Below, piece by piece: positions 28,817 to 37,521 of a stretch of DNA of 64,000 bases; the stretch's first letter is position 1; each line of letters starts with the position of its first letter. Origin of the DNA: a virus (taxonomy: Duplodnaviria; Caudoviricetes); the IMG/VR virus record IMGVR_UViG_2912765049_000001, positions 1-64,000 of that record; one strand, 5' to 3'. The position numbers and the translations under genes are program-made. Under the pieces are notes generated by a model. It made no database searches, was not told the DNA's origin, and was given only the letters and a program-made list of their open reading frames with translations.

Positions 28817-29153
28817 GGAGATCTCCACAGTGATTGCCCCGCAATCACGCACGGGATCCTGGCGGGGGAGTGGCGGAGCACCAGGAGGCATCGTGCCGGC
28901 GTGTGAAGGGCTGAGTGAGTACGAGTTCCTGCCGTGTCGTCCGCCTGAGCCGTCAGGTCCGCTGACGGAACATCGGGGAGTGAAGTGATTGCCCCGCAAT
29001 CACCCGCGTGCGCGGGGCCGACGCGGTGAGAGCGTGGCAGGCACGGTAGGAAGGGGAATGCTGGGGCGCACGTTATCGCGCCAGGCAGGAAAAACGCCAG
29101 TCGCCCCGCCGAGAAATCACTCGACGAGGCGACTCGTGGAAAGCGGCGGCGCT

Positions 29154-30416
29154 TCAGTCGCTCAGGATGAGCTCCTGCAGCTCCTCGAACTCGGCAGGGG
29201 AGAGGCGCTCCTTGAGACCGGTGTAGATGTCCTTCACCGTGGTCACGGCGATGACGCCCCGGTCCGAGACCGTGGCAACCGTCCCCGCAGGCTGCTGATT
29301 CTCCGTTTCGGCGGACGACTGCGCACCCCCGTTGGAGCCGGTGGTGGTGGTATCCGGCAGGTTCTGTGGCGGCTCTCCGGTTCCCGTCTCGGGCTTCTCG
29401 GAGGAATCCCCGGTCTGCTCGCCCTCCCCTGTCTCGGTGTTCCGCTGGGAGGGGAACGTGTTCTGCTCGGTGCCCGCGGGCTTGTTCTCCCCGCCGCCTT
29501 CAGCGCCGTTGCCGGACTCCTGCTGCTGGCCGGTGCCGCCGTCCCCAGTGGTCTCCGGCTGGGACTGCTGCGCGGAGCCGCTCTCGCCGGCCCCGGTCTC
29601 CTGCTGGTTGGTGCCGGACTCCGGCTCCTTGGTCTGCTCGGACGGAAGTTGCTGCTGCTCCAGCGGCACCTTGCTCTTGACGATGACCTCGGCGTCGTCG
29701 AAGGACAGCGTGCCGTCGACGTACGCCTGCTGGAGGTCCTCGCGCAGGCCGGCGAGAACGGTGGCGGCCTCCTTGATGGGCAGCAGCCGTTCCCCGCCGA
29801 ACTCGAACTCGAGGCCCCGCTGCCGGCACCAGTGGTCGATGACCGCCTGCTGCAGCGGCTCGATGAGGCTCAGGAGCTTGATCTTGTGGGAGATGGCCGT
29901 CTGCGACGTCCCCTTCCCGAGGCGCTTCGCGAGCTCCCGCTGAGAGATGCCCAGCTCGTCGAGCGCAGCCTGGTAGTCGGCACCCTGCTCAATGGGGTCC
30001 AGTCCCAGCCGCTGCTCGTTCTCCTTCATCGCGGCGATCCGCAGCGAGCCGTTCTCCGACACGGTCTTGCGGATGAAGACCGGCACCTTCTCCAGCCCCC
30101 GCAGTTTCGCGGCGGCCAGTCGGCGGTGGCCGTGCAGAACGACGAAGGGCTTGCCGGACTTCGCGACGTGCTCGCGGTGCTTCGGATAGTGCTTGACGTA
30201 CGCCTCGGCAGTGACGACGGTCAGCGCCTGGACGACTCCGTCTTCGTCGTAGGAGTCGGCAAGCCCCTCGACGTTACGGAGCCGCTTGCGGCCGTTCTCT
30301 GGGCTGGGCAGCAGGTCCTCAACGGGAAGTTCAGACGTCCCCTTGTTGAACAGGCGCTGTTGTTCTGCTGCCGCTCGGTGGGTACCGAGACTGACGTTGT
30401 TTGGCATTCCGGCCAT
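29154..30416 (-). CDS. parB: ParB family partition protein
   Basis: GVVQALTV, LHGHRRLAAAK (CTP-binding GxxR box), ENEQRLGLDPIE, HTH SQRELAKRLGKGTSQTAISH; long acidic linker. Confidence 0.92.
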   Translation of the reverse strand: MAGMPNNVSLGTHRAAAEQQRLFNKGTSELPVEDLLPSPENGRKRLRNVEGLADSYDEDGVVQALTVVTAEAYVKHYPKHREHVAKSGKPFVVLHGHRRLAAAKLRGLEKVPVFIRKTVSENGSLRIAAMKENEQRLGLDPIEQGADYQAALDELGISQRELAKRLGKGTSQTAISHKIKLLSLIEPLQQAVIDHWCRQRGLEFEFGGERLLPIKEAATVLAGLREDLQQAYVDGTLSFDDAEVIVKSKVPLEQQQLPSEQTKEPESGTNQQETGAGESGSAQQSQPETTGDGGTGQQQESGNGAEGGGENKPAGTEQNTFPSQRNTETGEGEQTGDSSEKPETGTGEPPQNLPDTTTTGSNGGAQSSAETENQQPAGTVATVSDRGVIAVTTVKDIYTGLKERLSPAEFEELQELILSD

Positions 30417-30849
30417 CGGGTCTCCGGGGGAGGTGGTGCTGATGTAGTGGGTCTCAGCCGCGAGCTTATCCGTCGGCACGGGGCGGCCGGAGGGGTGGCG
30501 TCCGATACGGGCGCGCACTGTGTCCGAGATGAGCAGAAATGCACCCTGCGGCGGTGGGTCCGGCGGGAAGTCGTGGACGGCGCAAGGTGATTGCGGGGCA
30601 ATCACTGCGGAGCGAGATCGGCGGCCTCGGCTGGCTCGTCCGCGCTCAGTATGCCCTCTGCAGCGGCGCGTTGGGGCGCAGACACCGCGACGAGGTAGAC
30701 CGGCTCCTGGAATATCTGCTCCGGGATGGCCGGCCGGGGGTAGGTGTCGCGCGGCCGGGGTGATTGCGGGGCAATCACTGCACCGGGACGGCGGGGGTCA
30801 TGCAACGGCGCGTTCTGCACTCGGGGTCCTTCTCTCTCGGCCCGCGTCA

Positions 30850-31635
30850 TCAAGGCGCGGGGTCGCTGGGTGTGGAAGCACGGGCTGCGGCGGCCTTCTG
30901 CCGCCGGGCCTCTCGCAGGGCCCGGGCGTGGGTGTCGGCCTTGCGCGCCCTGTCCTCCTCGAGGCTCTGCTGCAGGTACTGCGCCTCGACGTGGTCGTCC
31001 GGGTCCGCCTGGATCCGCATCCGGGTGAGCGGCACGTACGGGGTGCCGCGGGCCGCGTCGCGCTGGGCCTTCTCTTCCCGCAGCCGCTCCCGGACCTGGG
31101 CGTAGTCGGACGTCGGTTGAGTCCCGGGCGGCTGGGAGCGGGTCGGCGGGGAAGGCGCGGGCTCGGCAGCGGACGGTTCCGGTGCGGACGCCGGTCGGTG
31201 GACTCCCTTGCGGACCTTGATGGTGGTGAGCGTGCCCGGCTTCAGCGCACGGTTCACGTCGTCGCACAGCTGCCGGGAGACCAGTGACAGCATCCGTGCC
31301 CAGGAGTCCGACTCGCACACGACGGTCAGGGTCTTCGTCGTCTCGTCGTACTTCACGGCGTGCCAGTGGGCTGCGCGGTCCTCGCCGATGATCGACGGCC
31401 ACTGGTTGAGGAGGCTGCCGCCGTCGGCGGCTTCTTCCCAGCCGTTGTCGACGAGCCACTGCTTCCAGATGCTGCCCAGGGACAACGGGTCGCGTCCGTC
31501 GTAGCGGCGCCGGCGTATGGTCCGCTTCGGCTTGGGCGCCTGCTGATTCCCCTGCCGACGGGCCGCCTCCTTCGCCTGGCGCAGGGCAATGCGTGCCAGG
31601 TCGGCACCGCTTGCGGGAGGCACATCCGTCGTCAT
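30850..31635 (-). CDS. dciA: DciA (DUF721) helicase-loader family protein with C-terminal extension
   Basis: DLARIALRQAKEAAR, GRDPLSLG, GW, LLNQWPSIIGEDRAAH and LTVVCESDSWARML closely follow actinobacterial chromosomal DUF721/DciA. Confidence 0.85.
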   Translation of the reverse strand: MTTDVPPASGADLARIALRQAKEAARRQGNQQAPKPKRTIRRRRYDGRDPLSLGSIWKQWLVDNGWEEAADGGSLLNQWPSIIGEDRAAHWHAVKYDETTKTLTVVCESDSWARMLSLVSRQLCDDVNRALKPGTLTTIKVRKGVHRPASAPEPSAAEPAPSPPTRSQPPGTQPTSDYAQVRERLREEKAQRDAARGTPYVPLTRMRIQADPDDHVEAQYLQQSLEEDRARKADTHARALREARRQKAAAARASTPSDPAP

Positions 31636-31949
31636 CGCGCCCCCGGGAGTGATTGCCCCGCAATCACCTCGGCCGACGCGGGGGAGGGTGATTGCCCCGC
31701 AATCACTCCGGGCCCGGCCTCCGGGTCGCCCTCCAGGGCTCGAGGTGATTGCGCGGCAATCACCGGCGGCGGGGCTGCGGCCAGCACGGTGGGGCAGCGC
31801 CACTCGCTCCGGCAGGCCGAGCACACGGTCCGCCCCTCGGTTTCGACGGGGACGTGCAGGGCGAGCGCGGCACGCAGGCGGCCCAGTTCGGCGAGAAGGT
31901 CGTCCAGATCAGGGTCCGTTATCGAGCTGGCCGTGAGGTGGCGGGACAT
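31632..31949 (-). CDS. small Zn-binding protein coupled to dciA; its 3' end carries three palindromes
   Basis: LH.P......CSAC...WRCPT motif; AGGAG RBS; ATGA overlap with dciA. Confidence 0.6.
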   Translation of the reverse strand: MSRHLTASSITDPDLDDLLAELGRLRAALALHVPVETEGRTVCSACRSEWRCPTVLAAAPPPVIAAQSPRALEGDPEAGPGVIAGQSPSPASAEVIAGQSLPGAR

Positions 31950-31972
31950 GTGGAGTCTCTCCTGACGCGCTG

Positions 31973-33325
31973 TCAGTGCAGGCGGATGCGGGGGTTGTTG
32001 GCGTTGGCGTGGAGCTTCTGGCACAGGTCGACCAGCTCCGGCCCGTACAGCGCGACCGCGACCTGCGGGCCGGCCAACTCGTACGTGGCCAGCACCAGCC
32101 CGGGGTCGCCGTCGTACTTGTAGGCGGCCCACGCCTCGGCCCGCATTCGCTTACGGGTCTCTTCGTCGAGGTCCTCGAGGCCCGCACACTGCGGGTAGTC
32201 GTCGTCCTCGGCCTGCCGCTCGCGGGTCTCCTGCACCGCCGCGGCGAAGTCGGGATTCGGCGCGACCGCGTTGGCCCAGTCCTGCTGCAGCTGGGCATCG
32301 CCTTCGCGGACGGCCCGCTCCCGCAGCAGCCAGCTAGCGATGTACGTGTGGGGCCGGGTCGGCCGCCAGTCCAGGCCGGCCACGACCGAGGGCGAGATGT
32401 CCCGCAGCCAGACGTCGACCTGCTGCTCGGTGCATCCCTCGGCGAGCTTGTCGACCAGCACCCACGACAACTCGCTGATCTTGGCTCGCTGGGTCCAGTT
32501 GTGCAGCGGGCGCAGTCGGCGAGCGAGACGGTCGGCGGCCTGGAACAGGGCAGCGGTCACCTTGTGGCCCAGGGTGCTCGTCTTCGGCGGCTTGATCCTC
32601 GAGGCCCGCGCGCTGCGCGTAGCTTTCTCTTTCCCACCATCAACATCAGCAGGTACGTGGGCGGAACCACCACGAGAAGGGGGCGCAAGGCGCCCCGCAG
32701 CCGACTCCTTCGCCTTCGCCACAGCCTGCTCCCGGCCGGCCTCCGTGAAGCCGATGACCGTCGCCTCGTAGCCGGTGCCTCGTAGCCGGTGGCCCTTGGC
32801 GGCGTCGTACGCGAGCGGGATGGTCGCGCCGTAGATCGTGGCGGTGGCGGTGTACTTCCGGCCCGGCAGACGCAGGTTGCGCTTGGAACCGTGCTCGAGC
32901 CAGACCAGGGCGCCGAGTTCGCGGAGGTACGCCACGTGCCGCTTCACCGTGGACTTGTCCACCTTCAGCTTGGCCGCGGTGCCCAGGAGGTCGTACAGGA
33001 CGATGCCCCGCCGGTAGTCCATGCGGGCGGCCAGGTCCATCGCCACGCGCATTGTGGTGAGGGTGGCCTTCGGGTGGAGCTTCGCTTCGAAGATCAGCCA
33101 GTCCAGCGCGACCAGCCAGTCGCGCGGCTCGCAGCGGCGCGAGGCGGTGTGCATGACGTCCTGGGCGCTGCCGCGGACCAACTCGAAGCGGTCGCGCGCG
33201 GCCTCGGCCGACGGCGTGGAGGGGTCAGGTTTGGGCGCAGATGTGTCGCCCGCAGGGGTGGTGAAGGGCTCGACACTCCCCATTTGGGCAGGGTCGAGCT
33301 GACAAACGGCAGCGCTGTGCTGCAT
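31973..33325 (-). CDS. putative replication initiator, winged-HTH protein
   Basis: LLGTAAKLKVDKSTVKRHVAYLRELGALVW wHTH; heads the dciA-parB-parA unit; role inferred from context. Confidence 0.6.
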   Translation of the reverse strand: MQHSAAVCQLDPAQMGSVEPFTTPAGDTSAPKPDPSTPSAEAARDRFELVRGSAQDVMHTASRRCEPRDWLVALDWLIFEAKLHPKATLTTMRVAMDLAARMDYRRGIVLYDLLGTAAKLKVDKSTVKRHVAYLRELGALVWLEHGSKRNLRLPGRKYTATATIYGATIPLAYDAAKGHRLRGTGYEATVIGFTEAGREQAVAKAKESAAGRLAPPSRGGSAHVPADVDGGKEKATRSARASRIKPPKTSTLGHKVTAALFQAADRLARRLRPLHNWTQRAKISELSWVLVDKLAEGCTEQQVDVWLRDISPSVVAGLDWRPTRPHTYIASWLLRERAVREGDAQLQQDWANAVAPNPDFAAAVQETRERQAEDDDYPQCAGLEDLDEETRKRMRAEAWAAYKYDGDPGLVLATYELAGPQVAVALYGPELVDLCQKLHANANNPRIRLH

Positions 33326-34107
33326 TATGGGCTCGTCGTCCTCTCCGGAGGGCGGCAAAACGAGACCCCTCCTGGGGGCTCATTTGCCTTTCGAAGCACG
33401 AAGGGGGCGTGAAAACGGCCTCTCGGAAGTGCTTCTGAAGGTGGGTGTTTGAGCAGTAACCCGCCCCTGTGATGGGCGGTGAAGTCCCGAACGGCCGAGT
33501 AGCGACCGGGCGATCGGGCCCTAGTGGGAAGTGCAGGCGGGCACCTGAACTGACCACCGTTGGAAGTGGCCGCGCGTGGCTCGACTGGTTGACGGGCAAT
33601 CAACTGGTCGGCGAACAGCGGCCGGCGGAGGGTTCCGTGATTGCGGGGCAATCACCTCCGCGGCAGACCTACGTCATGCCAGCCCCCCTTCGGGGGAGGA
33701 CCTGGCCATCCCTTTTCCGCTGCGAGATCACGCCGAAGACGGCGCCGCCGGTGCGGAATCGAGGAAGAAGAACAGTCCGAGACATGCCAAGACCTGCCCT
33801 CGGGCGTGGCGCGTATGCGCTGCCCGGGTGGGTCCTCATGTGCCGTGCACTGGATGCACGGGTACGATGGCTCATGCCTCGGCCGTCCCAACACGGTCTC
33901 GGCGCTTTTTCGGCCCTCGTTACCCCGGCGTCCACTCCGGGGGTGGCGGGGGCCATAAGCGTTTTCGGACTAGTGCGGCCACCGGATCCGTGATCCCCAA
34001 ATATGGCCAGGGCTGAGCCTACCTCTGCGACCGCGTGGATTGCGACCACCTTCACTCCGACGTGTCGCATCGACTTTTCGCAGGTGTTCACGGCGTTTTC
34101 CTTCCTG

Positions 34108-34557
34108 TCAGGCTGCCGCAGCGGCAGGGGCGTTGGTGGTGTCGCCGGTCGCGGCGCGACGGCGGTTGCGGGCCTGGGTGCCGGCGGCCCGGCAGGGCTC
34201 GCAGGGGCAACGGCGCTTGGTGTAGCTCGACTCCGTGCCGTGCTGGTCGACCTGGAGCTCCGGCCCGGCCGCGCGCCGCGCCTGCTTGCCTGCTTTCTGA
34301 GCGAGCGTCAGGGCTGCCGCGAACACCGAGTCGTGCTGGCGCAGGTTGTACACCGGGGTCCTCGACAGCCCGGCCGATGCTGCGGCCTCGGCCACCGTGG
34401 CACCCCGGCTGATGTCGGTGAGCAGCTGCTCGATCTGCTCCGGGTTGGTCAGGGCCGGCGGCCGGCCCCGGCCGCGCCGCACCGGTACAGCGGGTGCGGC
34501 GGTGCGCGGCTCGTCGTCCGCGGGCGCCGGGCGCAGGGGGAGGAGGGCCGTCGTCAC
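34108..34557 (-). CDS. HTH protein with AT-hook-like RGRGRP and C-terminal HGT/CxCxxC motif
   Basis: GATVAEAAASAGLSRTPVY; HGTESSY...CPCEPCR. Confidence 0.7.
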   Translation of the reverse strand: MTTALLPLRPAPADDEPRTAAPAVPVRRGRGRPPALTNPEQIEQLLTDISRGATVAEAAASAGLSRTPVYNLRQHDSVFAAALTLAQKAGKQARRAAGPELQVDQHGTESSYTKRRCPCEPCRAAGTQARNRRRAATGDTTNAPAAAAA

Positions 34558-35156
34558 GCGGCGGCCTCCAGCTCGGGGCCGGACGGCCGCTCGCCGGAGA
34601 TTCGCTTGGCGGCCTCCTCGAGGAGCGCGGGCACCGTCAGCTCGTCGGAGTGGAAGCCGAGCTGCTCGCACATCTGGGCGTACACCCAGCGGACGTTGGG
34701 GTAGGGCCGCTTCATCGTCTCGGCCGCGGCCCGCAGGTCCGGCTGCTCGGCCAGGGCCTGCAGCAGTGACGCCTGCGCCGGGGAGGGCTCCCAGTTCTCC
34801 GTCGGCTGGGGCCGCTTGTCGCCCTGGCGGGCGAGCCGGGCGCGCCGCTTCTTCTGTGCCCGGCGCTCCGCACGGCGTTCGTCGGCGGTCATCCCGCCCC
34901 ACACGCCGTCGGACTCCCACCATCCGCTGCCGCCGAGGGCGTAGGCGCGGCAGGCCGCCAGGACCGGGCAGCCGCTCAGGCAGACCTTCTTGGCGTCCCG
35001 CTCGTTGGCGGCACCGGGCGTGTAGAAGAGGTCCGGGTCGATGACGAACTCGCCGAGTTCGTCGGTGACCGCGCACAACCGCAGCGGCCAGTTCGGGTGG
35101 GCTTCGAGTTCGGAGAGGGCGGCGTTCTGGTCGGGGCTGAGCATGTCGATCCTCAC
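34554..35156 (-). CDS. WhiB family transcriptional regulator
   Basis: LC...PDLFY...AKKVCLSGCPVLAACRAYAL...GVWGGMTADER. Confidence 0.9.
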   Translation of the reverse strand: MRIDMLSPDQNAALSELEAHPNWPLRLCAVTDELGEFVIDPDLFYTPGAANERDAKKVCLSGCPVLAACRAYALGGSGWWESDGVWGGMTADERRAERRAQKKRRARLARQGDKRPQPTENWEPSPAQASLLQALAEQPDLRAAAETMKRPYPNVRWVYAQMCEQLGFHSDELTVPALLEEAAKRISGERPSGPELEAAA

Positions 35157-35365
35157 TCCTCGCGGGCCTGCGCCCGGATAATCACGTCGGTGGCCTCGGC
35201 GACGACGAGCGTCGCGGCCAGCTCGGACCGGGTCCGGCGGTGCACAGCACGCTCGAGGACCCGCTCCAGCCGTTCGCCGGCCAGGGCCTGGTCGACCCGG
35301 CGGCGGTGCCACCACAAGACGGCAGCACCGGTGAGCGCCGCGGCGGCAAGGCAGCGGATGCGCAT
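35153..35365 (-). CDS. small hypothetical protein with N-terminal hydrophobic segment
   Basis: GGAGG RBS, coupled overlap. Confidence 0.55.
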   Translation of the reverse strand: MRIRCLAAAALTGAAVLWWHRRRVDQALAGERLERVLERAVHRRTRSELAATLVVAEATDVIIRAQAREE

Positions 35366-35422
35366 GGGAGTTCACCTCCGTCCACGGCGCGGTCGGGGCC
35401 AGGGCGACCCGGCGGGCGGCGG

Positions 35423-36688
35423 TCATGCCGCCAGCCCGAGGGGTTCGAGTTCCTGGCCGGTGATGAATTCGAAGGCCATCGCCCCCAGGTCGCGGGCGAT
35501 GTTGCCGGTGACGGCATTGCCGACCATCGAGATCAGCTGCTTGTCGCGGTCCTGCTTCTTCTCGGCGGTGGCGATCAGCTCGTAGTCGGCGGGGAAGGTC
35601 ATGGCGACCTTCCGTTCGTCGATCGTCACGAGCCGGGCGTGCCGATCGCGGACGTCGGCAGCGGTTCCGCTGACCCACAGGTGGTGGTTGCCGCCTGCGG
35701 TCAGCGTTGACAGGGGCCGGCTGGTGGGCCGGTGCGTGGAGCCGCCACCCCGCAGCTCGGCGATGAACGGGGCGCCGCCGTACTTGAGGTGCCCGTCCTG
35801 GATCTTTCGCCAGGTGTTCGCGTTGTGCGGGCGGAGGTAGCGGTCGCCGATCAGCGGGCCGGGGTTGGAGAAGTCCAGGACCTCGGCGATCGGGCGCAGC
35901 GCGTACGGCTCCAGGTCCACGGTGGCGCACGCCTTGTGAGGGCAGCGCCAGGTGTACTGGGAGATGTACTTGCCCCACGGCCGCTGCGGCGAGCAGGAGT
36001 CCGTCAGCTTCCAGCTCTGCAGCGCCTGCACCTTCCCGTGCCGGGCGCACACCACGAGCGGGCGCATCCACTTGTCGAAGTTCGGCGTGCGGCCGACGGA
36101 CTCGTGCCACAGCACGACGTACATGCGGTCCCGGCTGGTGTGCGCGGCCGGCCCGTAGGCGGCGGCGTGCGCAGAGTTCGCGTAGACGATGCGGTGGCGG
36201 TAGCCCCACGCACGCAACTGGGCGAGCCACGCGTTGAAGGCGGCGCCCTTGTTGTGCTTCGGCCCCCACAAGCGAGCCTCGACCACGTTCTCCACGACGA
36301 TGAACAGGTACTGGTGGAACTCAGCGAACCTCGGGACACAGTGCATGGTGGCCCGCGAGCGGATGGCGGTTTCGTCGGCGCCGGTCGTGGAGAACAGGCC
36401 GTCGACGAACTCGCCCTGCAGCCGCGGCTGGCCCTGCGCGACGGTGTGGTGAGTGCATTCCGGGCTCGACCACAGCGCGTGGGTCCGCGGCCACGCCGAC
36501 GGCACCACCTGCGAGAGGTCTGCCAGGTGCACCCGGACATGCTGGTGGTTGGCCTTGTAGGTGGCCGTGCAGTGTGCGGCGTGGTTGCCGGCCTGGACGA
36601 CGACCGTGCCGGGCACCTGCTCGAGGCCCCCGGGCACACCCCCGCCCCCGCCGAACTGGTCGCTCCACGTCACGGCGAACGCTGCCAT
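35423..36688 (-). CDS. orphan C5-cytosine DNA methyltransferase
   Basis: motif I DQFGGGGG, IV WSSPECT, VI VENVVE, VIII TSRDRMY, X VGNAV. Confidence 0.9.
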   Translation of the reverse strand: MAAFAVTWSDQFGGGGGVPGGLEQVPGTVVVQAGNHAAHCTATYKANHQHVRVHLADLSQVVPSAWPRTHALWSSPECTHHTVAQGQPRLQGEFVDGLFSTTGADETAIRSRATMHCVPRFAEFHQYLFIVVENVVEARLWGPKHNKGAAFNAWLAQLRAWGYRHRIVYANSAHAAAYGPAAHTSRDRMYVVLWHESVGRTPNFDKWMRPLVVCARHGKVQALQSWKLTDSCSPQRPWGKYISQYTWRCPHKACATVDLEPYALRPIAEVLDFSNPGPLIGDRYLRPHNANTWRKIQDGHLKYGGAPFIAELRGGGSTHRPTSRPLSTLTAGGNHHLWVSGTAADVRDRHARLVTIDERKVAMTFPADYELIATAEKKQDRDKQLISMVGNAVTGNIARDLGAMAFEFITGQELEPLGLAA

Positions 36689-37521
36689 CAGGCCGCCTCC
36701 GCTCGCCGGTTGGCCCGCGCGAACGCCTGGTCGACCGCGGCCTTCGTGACCCCGATCCGCTCGGCGGCCTGCTGCCGGGTGTACCCGCACGTCTCCATCA
36801 GCCAGGAGATGTCCTCGACGAGCGCGGCCGTCCGGGTCGCGCGGGCTCCGAGGTCGGGGACTGCCGCCGGGTCGTCGATCGACTCGTCGTCCCAGGCGAG
36901 GGGGGAGGGCCATCCGGCTGCCGCGGCGCGCGCCAGGGTACGGGTGATGCCGCGGGCGGTGGCGCCGAAGGCGCGCGGGTCCGCGTTCCACGCCCGGTCG
37001 TACAGGGCGGCCACCCGCTGAGCCATGCCCACGGTGACGGTGGCCTGGCTGAGCATGGTGTGGAAGTTCATCGGGTGCATATCCAGCTCACCGGCCAGCA
37101 CCGCGTTGGGGAAGCCCATCGCCCCCAGCGCCCGCACGCGCCGTAATGAGCCGGTGGCGTCGATCGGTATCCGGGAGGGCGGCGCCGCCGGGTCGGCACG
37201 CAGGACCAGGAGCGCCCGGGCGTGGTGGGCGCGGATCTGCTGGGAGGGCGCCCTCCCCAGTGAGGGCCGGCCGTACAGCAGTCGCTCGAGGACGCCGTGC
37301 GACATGCAGGCGGCCGTGGCGAGGTGACGGCGCTGCATCCCGGCCTCCATGAGCCCCCGCACGTGGGTACGCACAGGCTCGGCGTCGACATACGGCTGCC
37401 ACCGCCGAAGGATGATCTGCTTCTGCCGGTTGGCGACGTACGCGGCGTTGGCAGCGCGGCAGATCGGGCACCGGCACCCCTCGCGCTTGTACTTCGCGTA
37501 ACCGTGCTCGCGGTCGGCCAC
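36688..37521 (-). CDS. actinophage-type multi-HTH protein ('PLAWDD' family), paralog of 18036-18971
   Basis: HGYAKY...CRCPICR, AEPVRTHV, DATGSLRRVRAL and PSPLAWDDESIDDP motifs; TTA codon at 37144-37146. Confidence 0.75.
   Translation of the reverse strand: MADREHGYAKYKREGCRCPICRAANAAYVANRQKQIILRRWQPYVDAEPVRTHVRGLMEAGMQRRHLATAACMSHGVLERLLYGRPSLGRAPSQQIRAHHARALLVLRADPAAPPSRIPIDATGSLRRVRALGAMGFPNAVLAGELDMHPMNFHTMLSQATVTVGMAQRVAALYDRAWNADPRAFGATARGITRTLARAAAAGWPSPLAWDDESIDDPAAVPDLGARATRTAALVEDISWLMETCGYTRQQAAERIGVTKAAVDQAFARANRRAEAA

Larger units (their letters stand above)
27792..33655. repeat. dispersed array of the 19-bp palindrome GTGATTGC-SSS-GCAATCAC (putative parS/operator), 11 copies
   Basis: copies start at 27792, 27881, 27942, 28830, 28985, 30587, 30760, 31649, 31688, 31745 and 33637, flanking parA, parB, dciA and rep. 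Confidence 0.92.

Noticed and set aside
29280-29660. ParB low-complexity region as a tandem repeat or insertion
   Set aside because: It is an in-frame Q/E/G/T-rich linker without exact nucleotide repeats.
30417-30850. N-terminal extension of ParB from GTG 30605 and small ORF 30602-30850
   Set aside because: The GTG/TGA codons come from the palindrome itself and codon bias is weak. ATG 30416 has an RBS. Not called, though not excluded.
27792-33655. Palindrome array as a CRISPR array
   Set aside because: Spacing is irregular (39 bp to ~1.9 kb), copies are interleaved with genes, repeats are only 19 bp, and there are no cas genes.
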